A stretch of 64,000 nt of DNA from Paludibacteraceae bacterium (GTDB taxonomy: Bacteria > Bacteroidota > Bacteroidia > Bacteroidales > Paludibacteraceae): the NCBI GenBank assembly GCA_045113275.1, contig JBGUIU010000300.1, positions 241 to 64,240 of the forward strand, given 5' to 3'. Below, piece by piece: positions 37,080 to 45,907 of the stretch (the stretch's first letter is position 1; each line of letters starts with the position of its first letter). The notes under the pieces were generated by a model, which searched no databases, was not told where the DNA came from, and saw only the letters and a program-made list of their open reading frames with translations. Position numbers and translations under genes: made by a program.

Positions 37080-37826
37080 ATGGATAATATGCACTTTTGT
37101 AGAGAAAAAAAAGAGATTATGGTTGTAGAAGATTGCGAATTTGGGAACATTGAAGTGAAGTCTGATGGAAGAATCAGACGATATGGTCTGAAAATTGTTG
37201 GGGGAGTACTTCAGATGCAGATGCCTGGATATGGTGATATGCAATCTTTACTACTCTTTTTAGATAAAAATAGAGAATGGGTAAGGGAAAAACTAAAGAG
37301 GGCGAAGGTGAAAAAAGTCCTGTTATATGGTCCGGATTATGTTTTTCAATCATTTGCCTTCACAATTTTATGGAAAGAATATGGACGGCAACGAATAGTG
37401 GGCAGTCTGAATTTAGATGAAAAAAAACTAACCATTTATTTCCCCAACGGGTGTGATCTCTATTCCGTGAAATCACAGAGTACAATAAAGTCAATCATAG
37501 AAAATGCTCTGATGGTGGCAGCAAAAAAGATTCTACCATCTTGGTTGATGGATGTTTCTCGTCGGATCGGTATTCCCCACAAAGAGTGTCAGATTCGAAA
37601 GATGCATTCTCGTTGGGGCAGTTGTTCGTCGGCTGCTTCTGTTCATCTCTCTTGTATGTTATTGCTCTTGCCTGCTGAATTAATAGAATTTGTGATGATT
37701 CACGAGCTTTGTCATATTAAGGAAATGAACCATGGACCCAACTTCCATCGGTTGGTAAACCAGTTGCTGGATGGGAAAGAAAAATACTATGAAGTAGAAA
37801 TAAAAAAATATTCTACAAAGTTGTAG
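37080..37826 (+). CDS. YgjP-like (DUF45 / M48-type) metal-dependent hydrolase
   Basis: 248 aa. 'WGSCS' block and zinc motif 'VMIHELCHIKEMNHGPNFHRLV' (HExxH). Confidence 0.8.
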   Translation: MDNMHFCREKKEIMVVEDCEFGNIEVKSDGRIRRYGLKIVGGVLQMQMPGYGDMQSLLLFLDKNREWVREKLKRAKVKKVLLYGPDYVFQSFAFTILWKEYGRQRIVGSLNLDEKKLTIYFPNGCDLYSVKSQSTIKSIIENALMVAAKKILPSWLMDVSRRIGIPHKECQIRKMHSRWGSCSSAASVHLSCMLLLLPAELIEFVMIHELCHIKEMNHGPNFHRLVNQLLDGKEKYYEVEIKKYSTKL

Positions 37827-37880
37827 AGTTGATTGTAGATAGACTATTCTTGTGATGAGGGATGATTTTGTGGGGAATGA

Positions 37881-38966
37881 TTAGCATTCATTCATTATGC
37901 GTTTCAAATGGCAGAAAGCCAATTCATTTGTCTTTTCATCTCGTAAGTGTAATCCATTCCCTTCGCAATGATTGAAAAATTCACATTCGGCACAAATACC
38001 TGTTTTTGTCCATTTGCGGTCTCGCATGATTTGATATCGGTTTTGCCATACATCAGCAAAATTATCTTTGTAGATATTGCCTTGTATGAACCGTCCGCGT
38101 AAATCAGGACAAGCTGAGATGCTACCGTCTGCTAAGATGGATGCTACGTTGATACCAGCTCGGCAAAAGAAGAAGTTATCGCGGACTTTTGATTCATAAT
38201 CCGCAAGAAATCCTTCACAGCCATAATTTAACGAGATTTTTCCTTCTTCCCGTGTTTTTTCTATGAAGTCAAAAACAGCTTTGAATTTATCGTTGGGCAA
38301 TTGAAGTTCAGGATTGTCGGCAGCTCTTCCAATTGGGAATATCGTGAAGATTCTCCATTTCTTGATTCCACATTCAAGCAATAATTGTTTGATGCTTTCT
38401 AATTCGTCGAAGTTTTTGTTGTTGACGCAGGTAACTACATCATGCACTAAATTGGTCTGTGGAAGCAAACGGATGGCTTCGACCGCCCGTTGAAAAGAAT
38501 TCGGATTCTGTCTTAGCCAGTTATGAGAGGCTTCCAGTCCGTCTAAACTTATCGTACAAGAACGCATTCCTGCACGAAGAAGTGAATTCATACGTTGAGG
38601 AGTCAGCAGATATCCGTTGGTGACGATTCCCCATGGAAATCCAAGGTTGTACATCGCCAATCCAGCCTCTTCCAAATCACGACGGACTAGACACTCACCG
38701 CCGGTGAAGACAATCATTGTTTTGTGCGGTTCCACAATGGGAACTATCTGTTTGATACCTTCCACAAAATCGGATACAGGCATATCCTTTACACTGGATT
38801 CCTGCCTACATTCACTACCGCAGTGAAGACAATTCAGTGGACAACGCAATGTAGATTCCCAAAAGATATAATTCAAGTTATGGGTTTTCGCTTCATTGTG
38901 TCGATAGAGATCGAACACAGACATCGCGATTCGTTTCTTTAATGATATTTTGAGAGGATTGTTCAC
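37881..38966 (-). CDS. Radical SAM enzyme with C-terminal SPASM domain
   Basis: 361 aa. 'CPLNCLHC' (CX3CX2C) SAM cluster. C-terminal Cys set 'CRAG..SACPDL..CAECEFFNHCEGNG..FCH'. GTG start overlaps the stop of the upstream lipoprotein gene (GTGA); an alternative Met is at 38927. Confidence 0.85.
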   Translation of the reverse strand: MNNPLKISLKKRIAMSVFDLYRHNEAKTHNLNYIFWESTLRCPLNCLHCGSECRQESSVKDMPVSDFVEGIKQIVPIVEPHKTMIVFTGGECLVRRDLEEAGLAMYNLGFPWGIVTNGYLLTPQRMNSLLRAGMRSCTISLDGLEASHNWLRQNPNSFQRAVEAIRLLPQTNLVHDVVTCVNNKNFDELESIKQLLLECGIKKWRIFTIFPIGRAADNPELQLPNDKFKAVFDFIEKTREEGKISLNYGCEGFLADYESKVRDNFFFCRAGINVASILADGSISACPDLRGRFIQGNIYKDNFADVWQNRYQIMRDRKWTKTGICAECEFFNHCEGNGLHLRDEKTNELAFCHLKRIMNEC

Positions 38967-39418
38967 TCTTTCTTCTTTAGAACAACGTCCACTTGAATGA
39001 TTTTTTTCCCATCATACCAATCACCATCTCCACCTCTAAATGGGAATTTATCGACAGGAATAATCGTGTCCAATGGCACGTATTGCGTATCTTTACTGAC
39101 GAATTGGAAGTGGAATTTAGAAGCATAAGTGTATATCCATTCTCCATGAGTGTTGTATTGACCTTGTTTGTTCGTTGTGGCCAGAATCTTATCTGGTAAT
39201 CCAAATATTGAATCGAGTTCTGTTACATTTACATTTGCAATAGGTTCGCCCTCTTCATTTTGTACAGTTCCCATCAATTCATAATCTGCATGAGGACAGC
39301 CATACTCTTCACCTCCGTTAATGACGGAACATGAAAACCCTAAAAATCCTAAAATAGAAGTTAGAAGGTAATTGAAAAATTTTCTAATACTCATAAGTTT
39401 TATCTGTTTGTTTGACAT
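38963..39418 (-). CDS. Small lipoprotein with carboxypeptidase-regulatory-like beta-sandwich, translationally coupled to the rSAM/SPASM gene
   Basis: 151 aa. Lipobox 'LGFLGFSC'. 'GTVQNEEGEPIANVNVTEL...TTNKQGQY' resembles CarbopepD_reg-like domains. A second possible start is Met9. Confidence 0.65.
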   Translation of the reverse strand: MSNKQIKLMSIRKFFNYLLTSILGFLGFSCSVINGGEEYGCPHADYELMGTVQNEEGEPIANVNVTELDSIFGLPDKILATTNKQGQYNTHGEWIYTYASKFHFQFVSKDTQYVPLDTIIPVDKFPFRGGDGDWYDGKKIIQVDVVLKKKE

Positions 39419-39705
39419 TTATTTTAGCATGTGTTCATATTAGAGTCTTGTAATTTATTGACTCTAAATTTTAGCATGGCAAATATAACGACAAATTCTT
39501 TACTAATGCAAATAAAAGCACAAAAAATAAAGAAATAAATTTATTTTTTCGTCTCTTTACGCTGCTGTGATGATGCACTTTGGACAAATATCAAGACAAA
39601 TTAAATCATTTTTTATGCCAAAAGTACTTTAAATATTTGATAACTAAACGTTTGTAAACTTGCTTTGTTTTGTGGATTTTTGTTGCTTTGTTCAGCGGTT
39701 TTTAT

Positions 39706-39713
39706 TATTTTTG
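39706..39713 (+). promoter_or_regulatory. -7 promoter motif (TATTTTTG) upstream of the uORF and the giant charged-protein gene
   Basis: Matches TAnnTTTG, 27 nt before the uORF ATG (39741). Confidence 0.4.
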
Positions 39714-39781
39714 TAGTTCCGAAAATTTTGTTCTGAACGAATGAAGGATGAAATTTTGGGCGTAAATTTAAAAAGTCAGAT

Positions 39782-42700
39782 TTGAAACGATTACTGTTCA
39801 TAATTTCTACGATATATTTTCTTGCGACACAAAACATGATCGCACAGACTGATATTGACCGTTATCAGGAAGAGAAGCGTATGAAAGTGGAGCAGTTGAA
39901 AGGAAGAAAACAAGCGGAAAATGAGGCTGCCAAGGCATCTATGGATGCAAAGAAAAAAGAGATGGAGGCTCAAAATTCGCAGAAGAAGGCGGAAAGTGAA
40001 GAAGTGAAGAAAAGAGAGTCCGCTCGTAAGCAGAAAGAGAAAGAACTATGGGAACAACAGAAAAAAACGGCCGAACAAAAGCAACGTCAGGAGAAAGAGA
40101 AACAAGCTCAGAAGTTAAGAGAATATGAGCAGATAATTGAACAGGAGAGACAAGCTCGTGAGATGCGTCAGAGACGTGAGGAAGAGTTGAAACAGATCGA
40201 CCGTGAACGTTGGGCAGCTAAGCAAAAAGAGTTGGATGCAAAGCATAAGCAGGAAGAACTAGAACAGCAAAAGAGACAGCAACAGTATGTTGAGGCTTCG
40301 GAGCGTGAAAAGTTACAACGTGAGATTCGTCGCCAAAAGGAAATCGAGCTTCGTGAACAGCAGAAAAAGGCTTGGGAAGAAAAGAAAGCAACATTGAAAG
40401 AGCGACAAGCGCAGGAAGAAGCGGATCGGGAGCAACGTATGCAGGAGTATCTGCAGGCTGTTGAATTGGAAAAGCAGGCACGTGAATTGCGTATCCGTCA
40501 AGAGGAGGAAATGCGTAATCAATACACCGAGTTGTGGAATAAGAAAAAAGCGGAAATAGAGGCGGCTAGAGAAAAGGAGAGACAGGATAATATCCGTAGG
40601 CAAAAAGAGTATGAGGCAATTATTGCCAAACAAAGAGAGACGAGAGAGGCGCAGGAAAAACGTGATAAGGAACAACATCAACGTGAACAGGAAATATGGG
40701 CGCAAAAGAAGTTGGAGCAGGATGCCATCAGAAAGAAACAACGAGAGGAAGAGGAACGTAGAAAGGCTGAATATGAGAATGCGTTGAAAGCCAATCAGGA
40801 AGCTGCTGCACTTCGTCGTCAGCAAGAGATGGAGAATCGTCAAAGAGAAAGAGACGCTGCAGCTCAACGTCAAGCTGAATTACAGGCACAACGTGAGTTG
40901 ATGGCTCAACAACGTCATGAGGCAGCTCTGCAACGTCAGGCGGCCGCTCAGGCGCGTATTGCTGCTCAACAGGAACGACATGCTCAGCAGGTTGCTGCTC
41001 AACAGGAACGATTACAAAGAGAACAGGAACAACGTGCGGCTCAGCAGGAGAAACTCCGTTTGCAAAAGGAAAAGAGAAGACAAAAAATGGAGGAGCAACG
41101 TGCGGCTGAAATGCAACGTAAACAACAACAACGTGAAGCTGCTGCCCGTAAGAAAGCTTATATGAATCAGTTGAAAGAGCGTGAGCGCCAGAGAGAGCAG
41201 CAACAAAAGACACAGGCTCAAGATATTGCGAATAGGTTGAAGGCTAAACGTCAAGCTGAAAAGCAAAAACAAATAGAACTTCGTCAGGCTCAACGTGAGA
41301 AGGAGATGGCACGCAAACAGGCCGAAAAAGAAAAGGCCATGCAACTCCGTGAGAAGAAAAAGGAGATGATGGAGCGTCAGTTGGAGAAAAAAAGAGAGTC
41401 CAAAGAAAAACAGAGAGAACGCGAACAGCTTGAAAAAGAATCAGAAGCTCGTTTGCAAGCATATAAGGCTCGTCAGGCAGAATTGAAGGCTCAGCAAGAG
41501 AAATTGGAGGCCGAGAAGAATGCAGACGAGAAAGAGAAGGAACGTATCCGTAAGGAACGTGAGGAGGTGGAAAAAGAGACACTGAAGTTGGCGAAGAAAA
41601 TTGTTGGAAATAAAGAGAAATATCGTAAAGCGATAGAAAAAGAACAGAATAAGAAAGATAAAGCGAGAGAGAAATATGAGAATCAGCTTCGAAAGGATTC
41701 CTTGAAACTGGCTAAGATTGAGGAGGAAGAGCGCTTGCGTTATGCTCAAGAGGATGCTCAGGATAGTATAATGGATTTGACATCTAAGCAGAAAAAGATG
41801 TTAAAGAAGATTCAAGAGCAGAAACGAATTTTGAAAGAACAGGCAGAGAGTGATTCATTGATGTTGTTGGATGGTGATTTCGATATGGTCACGGGTGCTC
41901 GTGATAATTCAGATTTGTCCCCTGAAATGCTTGAAAAGATGCGTAAGAAGAATGAAACGGGACAAAATCTTCCAATAGGTGATGAAGACTTCTTGCCAGA
42001 TGATGAGGATATGTATGATGAAGCACCGGTCTTCTCTTCAGACTCTACAGAGATGGATTCTGTAAGTGTTTCTCAGGATACAGTGATTCATCTGACGTCA
42101 AAGATTGATTCAGTCTTGTTGCAACAGCAGATTGCAGAGTTGGAGCAAGAGTTGGAAAATATCAGAGAAATCAATGAATTGGAGAAGAGCGGTAAGGGTA
42201 GAAAAGGAAAAGGCAAGAAAAAAGAATTTATTCTGGAGAGAATAAAAATACCTAATTGTCGTTATTTGAATGATGTCATCTATGTTCGTGACAAGTTTGA
42301 ATTCCGATATGAGTTGGACTTCTTCGTGCATTATTTTGATCATCGTTATTTCCATAAAAAGAAGTTTTATGATAGAGTGGATACAACCCGATGGGTGGCT
42401 AAGCGTGTCATGAAATTGGTGGGAAATACTAAATATCGTCATACAGATTTTAACAAGGTAGTTGATTCGATTGCTGGCATGATGCCGAATTATCCTGTGG
42501 CTGAATATTTGGATACAGTTATTACTCAATTGAATTTGGAGTATCTGGCTACGGGTGAGATAAAGATTAAATATAAGAATACTCGGCAGAAATCTATTAT
42601 TGCTAAAATCAAACCTACGGAGATAAAGGATGATGGAACGGGTTCTCTCGGTAATATCAAGTTCTTCACAGGTAATAAAAGACGTATCATTGAGGAATTG

Positions 42701-43555
42701 GATGCTTCCCAGTTTGATTCATTAGTGATTAAGGATACAATGAGTACGGAGGAAAAGGTTCTGTCGGATTCATTGAATACAATTATCACATTGAAGGGAC
42801 AGCAGGATAGTATCAATCGTGTTCAGGATAGTTTGGCTGCATTGTCCGTGTCGTATGCTTTGTCTGAACAAGAGAGGGATAGCATCCATAGTGTGTTGGA
42901 TGCAGTGTTGTGGAGTGACTCAGATTCAACGTCATCCTCTTCAATGGAACCAGAGGATCGTTATGAATTGTCGGGAGATATTTCGTCGGATCCGGTCTCA
43001 CTTAATAGTCTGGATTATATGATTAAGGAGGCTGAAAGGCTGAAACGGGAGCGGAAAGAAGGAAAGATTCCATCTTATGTAAGTGATCCAGAGAATGCAG
43101 CTCCAGAGCCATCACGGAATACCCCTATAAGTACTCCACCGATAGGAGAGTTGAAGCTAAATACTTCACCGTCGCCATCTGCTGTACAAAACGGTGACAC
43201 CGATGTTTCATCGCCGGAGGAGCCTGTTGTGGAGGAGAAGAAATCGAAGAAAAAGAAAAAAGATAAAAAGGCAAGAGAAGAGGAGATAGAGTCTTTGATC
43301 GATATGGAGTCAGAGCCGGTTCCTTCTTCGTCAGCGTCTCAGCCAGTGTCTAGTGAGACACAACCCGTAACACCTGTCGCATCATCGCCAACAAGTGAGG
43401 TTGAGACAAATGAAAGTTCGAGTGAAGAGATGCCTTCAGAAAATTCAAAGAAACAAAAGAAAGAGAAAAAGAAAAAAGATAAAAAGAAACAGTCAGAAGA
43501 AGAATGGGATGCTGATGTGGATGCATCTTCAGAAGATTCATCGGATGGCTTTTAA
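39782..43555 (+). CDS. Giant secreted E/K/R/Q-rich helical protein with 54-aa periodic region, central aromatic-rich globular module and acidic/S-T-P tail
   Basis: 1257-aa ORF from a TTG. N-terminal signal peptide 'MKRLLFIISTIYFLATQNMIAQ'. About 650 aa of charged low-complexity sequence. Globular segment 'FILERIKIPNCRYLNDVIYVRDKFEFRYELDFFVHYFDHRYF..'. Poly-K boxes near the C-terminus. Ends 24 nt upstream of cdsA. Confidence 0.75.
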   Translation: MKRLLFIISTIYFLATQNMIAQTDIDRYQEEKRMKVEQLKGRKQAENEAAKASMDAKKKEMEAQNSQKKAESEEVKKRESARKQKEKELWEQQKKTAEQKQRQEKEKQAQKLREYEQIIEQERQAREMRQRREEELKQIDRERWAAKQKELDAKHKQEELEQQKRQQQYVEASEREKLQREIRRQKEIELREQQKKAWEEKKATLKERQAQEEADREQRMQEYLQAVELEKQARELRIRQEEEMRNQYTELWNKKKAEIEAAREKERQDNIRRQKEYEAIIAKQRETREAQEKRDKEQHQREQEIWAQKKLEQDAIRKKQREEEERRKAEYENALKANQEAAALRRQQEMENRQRERDAAAQRQAELQAQRELMAQQRHEAALQRQAAAQARIAAQQERHAQQVAAQQERLQREQEQRAAQQEKLRLQKEKRRQKMEEQRAAEMQRKQQQREAAARKKAYMNQLKERERQREQQQKTQAQDIANRLKAKRQAEKQKQIELRQAQREKEMARKQAEKEKAMQLREKKKEMMERQLEKKRESKEKQREREQLEKESEARLQAYKARQAELKAQQEKLEAEKNADEKEKERIRKEREEVEKETLKLAKKIVGNKEKYRKAIEKEQNKKDKAREKYENQLRKDSLKLAKIEEEERLRYAQEDAQDSIMDLTSKQKKMLKKIQEQKRILKEQAESDSLMLLDGDFDMVTGARDNSDLSPEMLEKMRKKNETGQNLPIGDEDFLPDDEDMYDEAPVFSSDSTEMDSVSVSQDTVIHLTSKIDSVLLQQQIAELEQELENIREINELEKSGKGRKGKGKKKEFILERIKIPNCRYLNDVIYVRDKFEFRYELDFFVHYFDHRYFHKKKFYDRVDTTRWVAKRVMKLVGNTKYRHTDFNKVVDSIAGMMPNYPVAEYLDTVITQLNLEYLATGEIKIKYKNTRQKSIIAKIKPTEIKDDGTGSLGNIKFFTGNKRRIIEELDASQFDSLVIKDTMSTEEKVLSDSLNTIITLKGQQDSINRVQDSLAALSVSYALSEQERDSIHSVLDAVLWSDSDSTSSSSMEPEDRYELSGDISSDPVSLNSLDYMIKEAERLKRERKEGKIPSYVSDPENAAPEPSRNTPISTPPIGELKLNTSPSPSAVQNGDTDVSSPEEPVVEEKKSKKKKKDKKAREEEIESLIDMESEPVPSSSASQPVSSETQPVTPVASSPTSEVETNESSSEEMPSENSKKQKKEKKKKDKKKQSEEEWDADVDASSEDSSDGF
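39950..40921 (+). repeat. Six diverged in-frame 162-nt (54-aa) repeat units within the giant ORF
   Basis: TGG (Trp) codons at 40049, 40211, 40373, 40535 and 40697, exactly 162 nt apart. Tyr at residues 115, 169, 223, 277 and 331, also 54 apart. The units align as x3-EY-x28-W-x20. Confidence 0.85.
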
Positions 43556-43579
43556 TAATTATATATATATTATTAAGGT

Positions 43580-44407
43580 ATGCTAAAGAATTTATTGACT
43601 CGTGCAGGTTTCGGATTACTCTTTGTGGTAGTCATGTTGGTATGTATATGGAAGACCAATCTTTATTTTGGTACGTTATTCATGATCCTTACCATTTTAG
43701 GCATGAATGAATTTTTTCAGATGGCAAATAAAAGAGAAGATTTGTCGGTGAATAAGATCATGTCGATAATTGGAGGTGCGTTGTTGTTCTTGGTGACCTA
43801 TATGGTTTGTTTCTTGCAGGTTGATCTAATGTGGTACTCCATTGTATTTGTATATTTGGCTATATTAATGATTGTTGAATTGTTCCGATGCAAGACCAAT
43901 CCGTTATTAAATATAGCTATAGCCTGCATGGGTATCTTGTATGTGTCTCTGCCATTCTCTTTGATGTGCTATGTGGCATCTATTCCATCGTATGGCAATT
44001 ATTTATTGATGTCTTTTTTCATTATTATATGGATGTCTGACACAGGAGCCTATCTTGCAGGAGTGACATTAGGCAAACATAAGATGTTTGAACGTATATC
44101 ACCGAAGAAGACATGGGAAGGATTTGCAGGGGGATTGATCTTTGCAATGCTGTTTGGCGTGGTTTTAAGTAAAATCACACCAGTGCCCCTTGATTGCTTG
44201 ACGTGGGTATTGTTCTCTGCTGTGATATTTGTCTTTGGCGTGTTAGGTGATTTGGTAGAGTCTATGCTAAAGAGAAACTTATCGATAAAGGATTCAGGGA
44301 AGTTTTTGCCAGGACATGGAGGATTGTTGGATCGCTTTGACAGCTCTTTGATTGCTGCACCAGCACTCTTCATGATGGTTTTGATTTTTGTAAAATACAT
44401 ATTTTAA
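43580..44407 (+). CDS. cdsA: Phosphatidate cytidylyltransferase (CDP-diglyceride synthase)
   Basis: 275 aa, polytopic. 'SDTGAYLAGVTLGKHKMFERISPKKTWEGFAGG' and 'GHGGLLDRFDS'. Confidence 0.93.
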   Translation: MLKNLLTRAGFGLLFVVVMLVCIWKTNLYFGTLFMILTILGMNEFFQMANKREDLSVNKIMSIIGGALLFLVTYMVCFLQVDLMWYSIVFVYLAILMIVELFRCKTNPLLNIAIACMGILYVSLPFSLMCYVASIPSYGNYLLMSFFIIIWMSDTGAYLAGVTLGKHKMFERISPKKTWEGFAGGLIFAMLFGVVLSKITPVPLDCLTWVLFSAVIFVFGVLGDLVESMLKRNLSIKDSGKFLPGHGGLLDRFDSSLIAAPALFMMVLIFVKYIF

Positions 44408-44465
44408 AATAAAAAAATATGTTTCTAAAAAGAAATGTATTACATTTGCATGATAATTTTGAGTA

Positions 44466-45137
44466 ATGATGAGAATACATAAAGAAGGAAAAAAATTTTT
44501 GTTGAAGGTTTTAGTAGGGGCAATTTTGGTTAATATGTTGCTGTGGATTGTGTGTGGTGCCAATCATCCTACATGGCTTTGGGTCTTTTCAGTTGTATCA
44601 ATTATCCTATTCTTATTCTTAACTAACTTTTTCCGTAACCCCGAAAGAGTGTTTGAGAACTTTGAGGATGGAATGATTGTCGCTCCTGCAGATGGTACCA
44701 TTGTAGTGATAGAACCAACTGTTGAAGATGAGTATTTAAAAGAAAAGAGAATACAAGTGTCTATCTTTATGAGTGTGTTGAATGTTCATGCGAATTGGTA
44801 TCCGACACACGGTAAAATTGTATATTATACTCATAATGATGGTAACTTCATGCGTGCAAACTTACCTAAATCAAGTACGGAAAATGAACGTTCAACGGTG
44901 GTCATAGAGACACCGAACAAGGTGAAGATATTAGTCCGTCAGGTGGCAGGTGCCATGGCTCGTCGTATCGTGACATATGCTCGTGAAGGAGATGAGTGCA
45001 ACGTTAATACACAACTTGGCTTTATAAAGTTCGGTTCAAGGGTCGATGTTTATCTCCCATTGGATGCTGAGATAATGGTTAATATGAAACAGTCTGTTGT
45101 CGGAAATCAGACCGTTATTGCTAGACTAAAAAAATAA
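44466..45137 (+). CDS. psd: Phosphatidylserine decarboxylase proenzyme (short form)
   Basis: 223 aa. N-terminal TM helices. 'GFIKFGSRVDVYLP' self-cleavage (G-S) motif. Confidence 0.88.
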   Translation: MMRIHKEGKKFLLKVLVGAILVNMLLWIVCGANHPTWLWVFSVVSIILFLFLTNFFRNPERVFENFEDGMIVAPADGTIVVIEPTVEDEYLKEKRIQVSIFMSVLNVHANWYPTHGKIVYYTHNDGNFMRANLPKSSTENERSTVVIETPNKVKILVRQVAGAMARRIVTYAREGDECNVNTQLGFIKFGSRVDVYLPLDAEIMVNMKQSVVGNQTVIARLKK

Positions 45138-45142
45138 TTATC

Positions 45143-45895
45143 ATGAATATCAAACAACATATACCTAATACCATTACATGCCTTAATCTGTTTTCTGGAT
45201 GTGTCGCATGTGTTCTTTCTTTCGAGGGGTATACTTTCTTAGCATTGTTATTTATTCTGTTAGCAGGAATTTTTGATTTCTGTGATGGTATGGCTGCTCG
45301 TCTTCTTCATACCTCTTCGGTTATTGGAAAGGAATTGGACTCTCTAGCAGATATGATTAGCTTCGGCTTTGCGCCGAGTATGATTGCATATAAGCATATT
45401 GAATATTTGGCAAGCTCACAAGTATCATGTGATACGTTGGCTCGTATCATCCCTTTCATTGCTTTTTTGATAGCTATATTTTCTGCATTGCGCTTGGCAA
45501 AATTTAATGTGGATGAGCGTCAGACCTGTTCGTTTATCGGACTCCCAACTCCGCCTAATTCAATCTTTTTTGCTTCGTTGATTTCAATGGCAGACCCAAT
45601 GATATCACAATCTATCGTAGTGCCTTCTTGGTTGAATTTATCGTTGTTCAGTCCAGTGTTGGATAATCTGTATGTGATGATCCTACTTGTGGTGATTTTC
45701 TCTTACTTATTAGTAGCAGAGATACCAATGTTCTCTTTGAAATTTAAAAATTTAAGTTGGAAGGATAATCAGATTCGATATATATTCTTGGGAATCTCGG
45801 TTCTTTTATTCTTGACCTTGCGTTTTGCCGCATTCTCATTTATTATTTTACTCTTTATTCTTATGTCTGTAGTGAATACCTGCAGGAAAAAGTAA
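45143..45895 (+). CDS. pssA: CDP-diacylglycerol--serine O-phosphatidyltransferase
   Basis: 250 aa. CDP-alcohol phosphatidyltransferase motif 'DFCDGMAARLL..GKELDSLADMISFG'. Confidence 0.88.
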   Translation: MNIKQHIPNTITCLNLFSGCVACVLSFEGYTFLALLFILLAGIFDFCDGMAARLLHTSSVIGKELDSLADMISFGFAPSMIAYKHIEYLASSQVSCDTLARIIPFIAFLIAIFSALRLAKFNVDERQTCSFIGLPTPPNSIFFASLISMADPMISQSIVVPSWLNLSLFSPVLDNLYVMILLVVIFSYLLVAEIPMFSLKFKNLSWKDNQIRYIFLGISVLLFLTLRFAAFSFIILLFILMSVVNTCRKK

Positions 45896-45907
45896 AATTT
45901 ATTTAGT

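Noticed and set aside
36756-37244. ORFs on both strands (60-108 aa) overlapping tRNA-Phe and its flanks.
   Set aside because: They overlap a well-formed tRNA and its terminator, and the translations have no coding character.
40218-41749. Five long antisense ORFs (87-186 aa) opposite the giant charged-protein gene.
   Set aside because: They are an artefact of purine-rich GAA/AAG/CAG codon repeats, whose complement lacks stop codons. The translations are L/F/S-rich low complexity with no start context. The sense ORF has the signal peptide and the periodic structure.
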